Shown here in pieces: positions 1 to 5,169 of a stretch of 39,673 nt of DNA (position 1 is its first letter; each line of letters opens with the position of its first letter). The position numbers and the translations under genes were made by a program. This DNA is from a virus: the IMG/VR virus record IMGVR_UViG_3300045988_108579, positions 1 to 39,673 of that record; one strand, 5' to 3'. The notes below the pieces were generated by a model. That model was not told the origin of the DNA. It saw only the letters and a list, made by a program, of their open reading frames with translations, and ran no database searches.

Positions 1-119
1 GAGCAGTTGCAGCACTTCATTCATTTTCTCCTTTGCGCTGCCGGTGGCGGCGGTATACACGGATGATAACGAGGACGACCATAAGCGCGGCGATCGCAAA
101 ACAGACCATCGAGAACACC
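1..119. repeat. Terminal direct repeat, left copy. Circular-assembly overlap or a short DTR.
   Basis: Read base by base, 1..119 is identical to 39555..39673. The repeat is bounded by the window ends, so the genome unit is 39,554 bp. Confidence 0.95.
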
Positions 120-535
120 GCGAGGAAGTTCCACTCGCCGCGGAAGAAACCGATATCCGCGCACCGAAGATCCAGCGTAACACACCAGATGACAACGACA
201 AAGAAGAACACGCCGAGCATCAGAATGACGGTGCGGAGATATTCGATATCCCGGACGGCGGATTCATACCGCGACTTCCAGTGGGAGGCGTCCTGCCGGG
301 CAAGCTCCGTTTCCGCGCGGCCGCTCGGGGCGAGAATGCCGAAGGTTTCATCGAGCGAGACGTGCAGCTCCCGGGAGATGCGCACGACCGTATCAATGCT
401 GGGGTTCGTAGATTTCGGGGAAAAGGCGTACTCCACGGTGCTCGGCGACAGATCGGCGGCTTCGGCAATGTCCGGGAAGGTGCGTGTGCCCTTGGCCTCC
501 CGCCAGCGGTTTTTCAGCACGTCCATTTCGTTCAT
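17..535 (-). CDS. Membrane-anchored XRE-family HTH regulator.
   Basis: 172-aa ORF. The N-terminus has an HTH (FPDIAEAADLSPSTVEYAF...IDTVVRISRELHVSLDETF). The C-terminal half has two hydrophobic segments (ILMLGVFFFVVVIWCV; FLAVFSMVCFAIAALMVVLVII). GGAG lies 5 nt upstream of the ATG at 535. The stop TGA overlaps the integrase ATG (ATGA) across the circle junction. Confidence 0.75.
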   Translation of the reverse strand: MNEMDVLKNRWREAKGTRTFPDIAEAADLSPSTVEYAFSPKSTNPSIDTVVRISRELHVSLDETFGILAPSGRAETELARQDASHWKSRYESAVRDIEYLRTVILMLGVFFFVVVIWCVTLDLRCADIGFFRGEWNFLAVFSMVCFAIAALMVVLVIIRVYRRHRQRKGENE

Positions 536-839
536 GTTCTCCGTCCTTTCGTTATTTTCGGGGTGAACCGGGATATATTCGTGTCGAAAAAGCTGAACTC
601 CGGCTCGCCCGCAAAGCGTTCGGTTTCGGATTTTGCGCCGGTCTGTTACGATGCAGTAACAGCAGGGCGAGCGGGACGCCCTGCGGCAGACGTCCGGGGC
701 GGGTCTGTGGCACGGCTACCCCGGGCGTTTGCCTACACTATAGCACTATCCGCGGCAGAACGGCACGGAAAATATATAAATTTGTAAGAATATACAAGAG
801 AATAACCAGAAATGCAACAAAATGACAAGGGGGAAAGAA

Positions 840-938
840 ATGGAAGAGACGAAGATCGAGGAGATCGTGCGGATGCTGCGGAGGATGGACATATGGCAGC
901 TGCGGAGAGTGTACTTCTTCGTGCTGGGGATGATGTAG
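840..938 (+). CDS. Mini-protein, 32 aa. Paralog 1 of the IEEIVRML family.
   Basis: MEETKIEEIVRMLRRMDIWQLRRVYFFVLGMM. An AAGGGGGAAAG RBS-like tract lies just upstream. A 32-nt block (849..880) is identical to 16151..16182. The ORF is below the size cutoff of the ORF track. Confidence 0.55.
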   Translation: MEETKIEEIVRMLRRMDIWQLRRVYFFVLGMM

Positions 939-1005
939 CGACGGGAGGAGCAGAGCCCCTCCCCTACAAGACCATCTTCGTGAGGTAACGAAAAAGGTAA
1001 AGAGA

Positions 1006-1032
1006 GAACCCGTCGGAAATTCCGACGGGTTC
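1006..1032. terminator. Hairpin between convergent mini-ORF 1 and yafQ. Possibly a bidirectional terminator.
   Basis: 12-bp perfect stem GAACCCGTCGGA/TCCGACGGGTTC with loop AAT. The minus-strand side is followed by a T-rich tract. The plus-strand T-run is weak. Confidence 0.5.
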
Positions 1033-1038
1033 CTTCTG

Positions 1039-1314
1039 TCAGTCAAACAAATCGCTGTGTGTGCCGGTACGGGTGAGACAGAGCGTCAGCTCGCCATGGG
1101 ATATCTCGTAGATCAGCAGCCAGTCCGGCGTGATGTGGCACTCGCGGCAGCCGATATAGTCGCCGGAGAGCGCGTGGTCGCGGTTCTTTTCCGGGAGCGG
1201 CTTTTCCTCGGCGAGAAGCTGCACAACGTTTTCCAACAGGCGCACGTCATAGCCGCGGCGGACGATGCGCTTATAGTCCCGGCGGAAGGCTGCCTGAAAC
1301 TTAATCGTCAGCAT
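1039..1314 (-). CDS. yafQ: Type II toxin, YafQ/RelE family mRNA interferase.
   Basis: 91 aa. DHALSGDYIGCRECHITPDWLLIYEI...TRTGTHSDLFD matches the YafQ pattern DHPLxGxxxGxRxxHxxPDWxLIY...RTGTHxxLF. It overlaps the upstream antitoxin gene by 14 nt. Confidence 0.85.
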   Translation of the reverse strand: MLTIKFQAAFRRDYKRIVRRGYDVRLLENVVQLLAEEKPLPEKNRDHALSGDYIGCRECHITPDWLLIYEISHGELTLCLTRTGTHSDLFD

Positions 1315-1573
1315 TGAGCGCCTCCATCAGATCCTCGACGGAATGGAACGGGCCGCTCAAGCCGATGCCGGCCTCGGCGTCCTCGATCGCCTTTCTCGTT
1401 TCGGCGTTCGGGATCTCCGCGCCGATCTCAAAGGGGATGCGGTATTCGCGGACGGCCTTTTTCGCAAAGACGGTGACGGCGGCGGTGACGGAAAGCCCCA
1501 TATCGGCACAGAACGCCTCGAACTGCTTCTTGAGCTCGCTGTCCATACGGATATTCATGACCGTGGTTGCCAT
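1301..1573 (-). CDS. dinJ: Type II antitoxin, DinJ/RelB family (ribbon-helix-helix).
   Basis: Starts at internal ATG 1573 with GGAG 8 nt upstream. MATTVMNIRMDSELKKQFEAFCADMGLSVTAAVTVFAKKAVREYRIPFEI is DinJ-like. It lies immediately upstream of yafQ. Confidence 0.8.
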   Translation of the reverse strand: MATTVMNIRMDSELKKQFEAFCADMGLSVTAAVTVFAKKAVREYRIPFEIGAEIPNAETRKAIEDAEAGIGLSGPFHSVEDLMEALNADD

Positions 1574-1604
1574 ACTATCAGCTCCTTTCAATATTTGTAT
1601 ATAC

Positions 1605-1633
1605 ATTGTATTACATAATATACACGTTGTCAA
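1605..1633 (-). promoter_or_regulatory. Sigma-A-type promoter of dinJ-yafQ.
   Basis: On the minus strand: TTGACA (1633..1628), 17-nt spacer, TACAAT (1610..1605). The spacer and flank contain the inverted repeat GTATAT...ATATAC, a candidate autoregulatory operator. Confidence 0.7.
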
Positions 1634-1636
1634 CAT

Positions 1637-1675
1637 AAAAAAGAGAACGGAGGTCAATCTCCGTTCTCTTTTTCT
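1637..1675 (-). terminator. Rho-independent terminator after the CI-like repressor. An A-run on the other side makes it potentially bidirectional.
   Basis: 11-bp stem AGAGAACGGAG/CTCCGTTCTCT with loop GTCAAT. T-runs follow on both strands. The repressor stop codon lies in the loop. Confidence 0.75.
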
Positions 1676-2058
1676 TTTTGCAGGGCGTTGTAGGATTCGT
1701 AGACATTGCAGACGAACTCAAGCGCGGCGCGGATGGCTGGTTCGGGTGTCTTGCGCAGGGCGTCGATGAACGCGAGCACCTCGGGCGAGGCGCTCTCTTT
1801 GGACAGGCCGCCGAAGAAGCGGGCGCGATCCTCATCCTCGGTGAGCTGCTCGAGCATCTCGCCGGTGCCATCGCGGAGCCAGGCTTCCCGCACATTGAAT
1901 TCGCGGCAGATCAGCGAGATCACCGCATCGGACGGGACGTTTCGACCGGATTCATAAGTGGCTACGGTGCTCTGCTTGGTTTTGGTGCGTTCGGCGAACT
2001 TCTGCTGCGTGAGGCCGTAAAAATCACGAACCTCCTTGATGCGGCTGCCAACGGACAT
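1654..2058 (-). CDS. CI-like XRE-family HTH repressor.
   Basis: The start is taken at ATG 2058, with AAGGAGG 8 nt upstream. MSVGSRIKEVRDFYGLTQQKFAERTKTKQSTVATYESGRNVPSDAVISLICREFNV is a classic XRE HTH. It is divergent from an operator-rich region. Confidence 0.85.
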   Translation of the reverse strand: MSVGSRIKEVRDFYGLTQQKFAERTKTKQSTVATYESGRNVPSDAVISLICREFNVREAWLRDGTGEMLEQLTEDEDRARFFGGLSKESASPEVLAFIDALRKTPEPAIRAALEFVCNVYESYNALQKEKENGD

Positions 2059-2081
2059 AGGCAGCACCTCCTTTCGAGGAC

Positions 2082-2110
2082 AATATATCAGCGAAAAATG
2101 AAAAAGTCAA
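2082..2110 (-). promoter_or_regulatory. Repressor-maintenance (PRM-like) promoter.
   Basis: On the minus strand: TTGACT (2110..2105), 17 nt, TATATT (2087..2082), upstream of the repressor RBS. Confidence 0.6.
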
Positions 2111-2116
2111 TATAAA

Positions 2117-2132
2117 ATATCGCAAACCGATA
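2117..2132. promoter_or_regulatory. Operator O1.
   Basis: ATATCGCAAACCGATA is internally palindromic (TATCG-N5-CGATA). Its exact reverse complement recurs at 2150..2165. It sits just upstream of the -35 of the repressor promoter. Confidence 0.65.
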
Positions 2133-2141
2133 AAATGGGGC

Positions 2142-2170
2142 TTGACAAATATCGGTTTGCGATATATATT
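2142..2170 (+). promoter_or_regulatory. PR-like rightward promoter with operator O2 in its spacer.
   Basis: TTGACA (2142..2147), 17 nt, TATATT (2165..2170). The spacer is essentially operator O2, TATCGGTTTGCGATAT (2150..2165), the exact inverted copy of O1. Confidence 0.65.
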
Positions 2171-2192
2171 TAACGCAGACCGATAGACAGAG

Positions 2193-2213
2193 ATCGCAAA
2201 GCGATGCAATCGC
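2193..2213. promoter_or_regulatory. Two overlapping operator-like palindromes downstream of the PR-like promoter.
   Basis: ATCGC-AAA-GCGAT (2193..2205) and GCGAT-GCA-ATCGC (2201..2213) share the ATCGC/GCGAT half-site with O1 and O2. Confidence 0.4.
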
Positions 2214-2653
2214 TACTCTTCGGGATGAAATGTTTCGGCCCACCACCAATGCCAAATTGTCCAGGCGAGCGAAGCAGTGCAGAGAACAGCGAAGAGAACC
2301 CAATGCAAAGGCGTGACATCGCCTTTGGTAACGAACAGAGAGGCCCCGGCTATGCTGTATGCGAAATACAGTACACGGTAGACGCGAGCGACCGGGAGAC
2401 GGATGAAGTGCTTGCCGTTGAGAATTTCAAAGAGGCACAGCACAGGAAGAAACCAAGCAATTTCAACGAGAAGGTTCACCAGATATTCATTGTTCAACGG
2501 GCCGTCGAAGAAAGAACGTGGGAGAACGTCGTCGATGAGCCAGTATGCGATTTCATTCGTACGGACTATGAGACCGAAAAACCACATGGCGAGCGGGACA
2601 AGGCCGATGAGGAAGAAGAGCGTGAAGTGATCGTTTTTCTCTGGTTTGTTCAT
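2213..2653 (-). CDS. Integral membrane protein (about 4 TM), function unknown. Moron or superinfection-exclusion candidate.
   Basis: 146 aa with several hydrophobic helices (FTLFFLIGLVPLAMWFFGLIV; LVEIAWFLPVLCLF; VLYFAYSIAGASLFV; WVLFAVLCTASLAWTIW). AAGGA RBS. GC is visibly lower than in the flanks. Confidence 0.7.
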   Translation of the reverse strand: MNKPEKNDHFTLFFLIGLVPLAMWFFGLIVRTNEIAYWLIDDVLPRSFFDGPLNNEYLVNLLVEIAWFLPVLCLFEILNGKHFIRLPVARVYRVLYFAYSIAGASLFVTKGDVTPLHWVLFAVLCTASLAWTIWHWWWAETFHPEE

Positions 2654-2686
2654 GATATCAAATCCTTATGTTGGGAGGTGAGCGGG

Positions 2687-2836
2687 GTGGAACCGTTTGA
2701 GCAGAGCGAAATATGGAAAGAGCTGCTTGCACATGAGAGCGAGATCTGCCGGCTGAAACGGTCGGAGCGGGTGCTGTACACGATCCTCGGTGCCATCGCG
2801 GGGGCGGTCATTGTGCTGGTGATACGGACGGCTTAG
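2687..2836 (+). CDS. Possible 49-aa tail-anchored small protein.
   Basis: GTG start 7 nt after GGAGG. VEPFEQSEIWKELLAHESEICRLKRSERVLYTILGAIAGAVIVLVIRTA has a C-terminal TM segment. It lies between two minus-strand genes, so support is weak. Confidence 0.3.
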   Translation: MEPFEQSEIWKELLAHESEICRLKRSERVLYTILGAIAGAVIVLVIRTA

Positions 2837-3147
2837 AAAAAATGCGAGATGAGCGCTTGCAGAAGCACGGTTACAGCGGAGGCGACAGCGGCAGAGACAA
2901 CGCTTGTACAGATCTGCTCCTGCCGGGTGCGTTTCCGAGCTTCTTCTTTCCGGATGAAAAAGACAATGCCGTCATCCGTGGGGTTCACCCACCAGCTGCC
3001 GTCTGAGCGGTCGTGCTTTTCGACGAGGCCGAGAGAAACGAGCTGAAAAAGCTCTTTTTCGGTGATCTGCGTATCATCAAACGGGACGGGGAGACCGTCC
3101 GGGGAGAGCTCGAGAAGCCCTTGCAGGTGCTTTTCGATCGGGGACAT
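2833..3147 (-). CDS. Small protein with a C-terminal TM anchor, function unknown.
   Basis: Start at ATG 3147 with an AAGGAGG RBS. 104 aa: MSPIEKHLQGLLEL...SVVSAAVASAVTVLLQALISHFF. The longer 128-aa form in the ORF track has no RBS. Confidence 0.65.
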   Translation of the reverse strand: MSPIEKHLQGLLELSPDGLPVPFDDTQITEKELFQLVSLGLVEKHDRSDGSWWVNPTDDGIVFFIRKEEARKRTRQEQICTSVVSAAVASAVTVLLQALISHFF

Positions 3148-3175
3148 AAAACATACCTCCTTTTCTGAATATTTC

Positions 3176-3205
3176 ACTATATCAGAAACGGCGGGGAAAA
3201 AACAA
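3176..3205 (-). promoter_or_regulatory. Candidate promoter for the 3147->2213 membrane-protein cassette.
   Basis: On the minus strand: TTGTTT (3205..3200), 18 nt, TATAGT (3181..3176), followed by the RBS of the 3147 gene. Confidence 0.4.
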
Positions 3206-3224
3206 GAGGTAGGAGGCAATGCGA

Positions 3225-3476
3225 ATGAAGGTACCGAACGGCGTTACATATGACAAGATCGCCGACGGCTGCGACGGCATGGCGGGCAAGCTGACGGATA
3301 CCGAGCGGGGAATGCCGCTGTGGATGCTTATGAACCCGGAGATAGAGGAGCTGAAGCGGCGCACGGACGCGCTGGAGAAGCGCGCGGCGGCGCTGGAGAA
3401 GGAGATCGTCCTTCTCGTCTGGGCAATAGCGGCAGCGGCCGCGGCGGGGGCGGCGGTGCTGCTGGTGTGCATGTAA
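3225..3476 (+). CDS. Small coiled-coil protein with a C-terminal TM segment. First rightward early gene.
   Basis: ATG 3225 lies 8 nt after GGAGG. The sequence has EIEELKRRTDALEKRAAALEKEI followed by VLLVWAIAAAAAAGAAVLLVCM. Confidence 0.6.
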   Translation: MKVPNGVTYDKIADGCDGMAGKLTDTERGMPLWMLMNPEIEELKRRTDALEKRAAALEKEIVLLVWAIAAAAAAGAAVLLVCM

Positions 3477-3488
3477 GGAGGTGAGGAC

Positions 3489-3635
3489 ATGAGCGAGGAA
3501 ATCAAAGTGATGATCGAGGATGCCGTGCGGAAGCTGGAGACGCTGCCGCCGATGCAGCAGAGCCTGTGTGTCGGGTTCGTGCTCGGAGCGGGCGCGACCG
3601 AGAACACCAAGAAGGACGAGAAGGAGGCGGGGTAA
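3489..3635 (+). CDS. Mini-protein, 48 aa. Divergent fourth member of the IE[ED]xVRxL...FxLG family.
   Basis: AAGGAGGTGAGGAC precedes the ATG. MSEEIKVMIEDAVRKLETLPPMQQSLCVGFVLGAGATENTKKDEKEAG. The motif residues I9,E10,V13,R14,L16,F30,L32,G33 sit in the same register as in the 16133 mini-protein. 3513..3536 matches the 24-nt family core at 20/24 positions. The ORF is below the ORF-track cutoff. Confidence 0.55.
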   Translation: MSEEIKVMIEDAVRKLETLPPMQQSLCVGFVLGAGATENTKKDEKEAG

Positions 3636-3875
3636 ATGCCGAGAGTACGGCTTGCCGTTCCGGCGGAGCAGAGGAAGATCGAGGCGGATCTCACGGAGCA
3701 CTGCACGGGCGGCGCGCGATACGCCGACATGACGCAGATCGGGCGGTATCTCGGGATAGAGAACCGGAGGATCGTCGCGGAGTTTCTGGACGGGCTGCCG
3801 TGCTTCCAGCGCGGAACAAAGAAGAAGTGGCGCGTGGACGATCTGGCGGCGCGGATTTTAGAAGCGACGAAATAG
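3636..3875 (+). CDS. Small DNA-binding protein, excisionase/MerR-like HTH candidate.
   Basis: 79 aa. MTQIGRYLGIENRRIVAEFLDGLP...KKKWRVDDLAARIL resembles Xis-type HTH proteins. The start abuts the upstream TAA. Confidence 0.4.
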   Translation: MPRVRLAVPAEQRKIEADLTEHCTGGARYADMTQIGRYLGIENRRIVAEFLDGLPCFQRGTKKKWRVDDLAARILEATK

Positions 3876-3879
3876 GGGA

Positions 3880-3931
3880 GACAATCCCTCCGGCGGCGAC
3901 GCCGCCAGCTCCCTTTGCACAAGGGAGGCTT
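3880..3931 (+). repeat. Double-hairpin repeat module A1.
   Basis: GACAATCCCTCC, then hairpin 1 (GGCGGC-gac-GCCGCC), then AGCTCCCTT-TGCACA-AAGGGAGGCTT. Same architecture as 5089, 12908 and 19984. Confidence 0.85.
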
Positions 3932-3975
3932 AACCCCTCCGTCAGCTTCGCTGACACCTCCCCTGTTAGGGGAGG
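3932..3975 (+). repeat. Double-hairpin repeat module B1.
   Basis: AACCCCTCC, then hairpin 1 (GTCAGC-ttc-GCTGAC), then ACCTCCCC-TGTTA-GGGGAGG. Near-identical to 19106..19151 and related to 11988..12034. Confidence 0.85.
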
Positions 3976-4016
3976 CAAGGGAGCTTCGGGAGACATTTTT
4001 GAAAGGACTAAGAACG

Positions 4017-4376
4017 ATGAAAGGCATTTGTTTTCTGTGCGGGAACTACGAAACGCTTGAGGAGCACCACCTTTTCGGCGGGGCCCGGCGGCCTATTTCT
4101 ACGAAGTACGGCCTGACTGTCCATCTCTGCCCGTGGTGCCACCGGCTCGACGCGGACAGCGCGCACCGCTCCGGCAAGACCGCGGAGCTGCTGCACCAAT
4201 ACGGGCAGCACAAGGCGATGACCGAGCAGAAATGGAGCCGGGAGGAGTTCATCGCGCACTTTGGGAAGAACTATCTCGACGAGGCGCAGATCTGGGGGAT
4301 CGAACACCCGGACGACAGCTGGGACAACGAGAGCGCCTTTCAGCTCGTGGAGGAAGGGGCGGTGCTGCCGTTTTGA
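4017..4376 (+). CDS. HNH-like zinc-binding nuclease-fold protein.
   Basis: Start at ATG 4017, downstream of the repeat. MKGICFLCGN...EEHHLFGGARRPISTKYGLTVHLCPWCH gives a CxxC...HH...CxxCH pattern typical of HNH/His-Me finger proteins. Confidence 0.5.
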   Translation: MKGICFLCGNYETLEEHHLFGGARRPISTKYGLTVHLCPWCHRLDADSAHRSGKTAELLHQYGQHKAMTEQKWSREEFIAHFGKNYLDEAQIWGIEHPDDSWDNESAFQLVEEGAVLPF

Positions 4377-4903
4377 AGGACGAATACATCTGTTATCGGA
4401 CGCAGTGCAGGTATCATTCCGGCAATGTGAGCGGGTCTGACGGGAGCTGCAACTACTTCTTTATCACCGGCGAGACCAAGACGAGCCTGGGCGAGGCGGA
4501 CATCACGAGGAAATGCGGGCTTTATAAGCCGGGGACGGCGCTGCGGGTACGGGCGCAGCCGGTCGTGCTGCGGGGAAGCTCTCCGAGGAGGGAACCGAAG
4601 CAGCGAGCGGGGCGGCTTTACGACTGGGCGCAGTTCCGGGCACTCTGGGAAGAGGGAAAGAACGACCGGGAGATCGCGCGGACGATCGGATGCAACCCGG
4701 ACACGGTGCAAAAGTGGCGGCACGGCGCGGGACTCCCGCCGAGATACCGGCAGGAGATCGACCGAGCAAGGCTGAAGGAGCTGTGGGAGGCCGGGATGGA
4801 CGATCCGCACATTGCGAAGGAGCTCGGCGTTTCGACGATGTCCGCATGGCGGGCGCGAAACGGGATGGGACTCCCGACGCAGAAAGAGAGGGCGAAGGAA
4901 TGA
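4373..4903 (+). CDS. DNA-binding protein with a Cys-rich N-terminus and two tandem HTH repeats.
   Basis: There is no ATG before the conserved part. A TTG at 4373 overlaps the upstream stop (TTGA). The repeats are WEEGKNDREIARTIGCNPDTVQKWRHGAGLPP and LWEAGMDDPHIAKELGVSTMSAWRARNGMGLP. The start is uncertain. Confidence 0.5.
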   Translation: MKDEYICYRTQCRYHSGNVSGSDGSCNYFFITGETKTSLGEADITRKCGLYKPGTALRVRAQPVVLRGSSPRREPKQRAGRLYDWAQFRALWEEGKNDREIARTIGCNPDTVQKWRHGAGLPPRYRQEIDRARLKELWEAGMDDPHIAKELGVSTMSAWRARNGMGLPTQKERAKE

Positions 4904-5169
4904 AAACGTGCAGGGGATGTCCGCACATCGCGCTGGACCAATGGCCGCAGGGGAAGCAGGCGGTGCGCTGCCTGTACACCGGGAACGGCGACAGGTTCGG
5001 GCGAGTGCTGCACGTTGTGCGGGACGGGAATCCGCATCCGGACAGCGTGAGGACGCCGGAGTGGTGCAAAAAGGAGCGGGACGGGGACGACAATCCCTCA
5101 GTCTCGCCTACGGAGAGCCAGCTCCCTTTACACAAGGGAGCCTTAGAAAGAAAGGGGAACATTGAATGA
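4900..5169 (+). CDS. Small Cys-containing protein. Its C-terminal roughly 25 aa are encoded by repeat module A2.
   Basis: ATGA overlap with the upstream gene. MKTCRGCPHIALDQWP...TPEWCKKER is followed by DNPSVSPTESQLPLHKGALERKGNIE, which is read through 5089..5144. Confidence 0.55.
   Translation: MKTCRGCPHIALDQWPQGKQAVRCLYTGNGDRFGRVLHVVRDGNPHPDSVRTPEWCKKERDGDDNPSVSPTESQLPLHKGALERKGNIE
5089..5144 (+). repeat. Double-hairpin repeat module A2, inside the 3' end of CDS 4900..5169.
   Basis: GACAATCCCTCA, then a degenerate hairpin 1 (TCTCG..CGGAGA), then AGCTCCCTT-TACACA-AAGGGAGCCTT. Confidence 0.8.

Noticed and set aside
738-1046. 102-aa minus-strand ORF overlapping mini-ORF 1. Its look-alike at 15972..16277 overlaps mini-ORFs 2 and 3.
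   Set aside because: These are mirror-strand readings of the conserved mini-ORF core (HPHDLLDLR...). They have no RBS and are His/Pro/Leu-rich. The plus-strand mini-ORFs have ribosome-binding sites and coherent amphipathic sequences.
2204-2836. 210-aa plus-strand ORF directly downstream of the PR-like promoter.
   Set aside because: It has no RBS and an implausible composition. It is antisense to a convincing 4-TM membrane protein gene (2213..2653). Only its last 49 codons (2687..2836) were kept, as a low-confidence small ORF.
3915-4016. N-terminal extension of the HNH-like ORF (track start 3915) running through repeat modules A1/B1.
   Set aside because: The extension is simply the translated repeat (MHKGGLTPPSASLTPPLLGEAREL...). 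A proper ATG at 4017 precedes the conserved Cys/His motifs.
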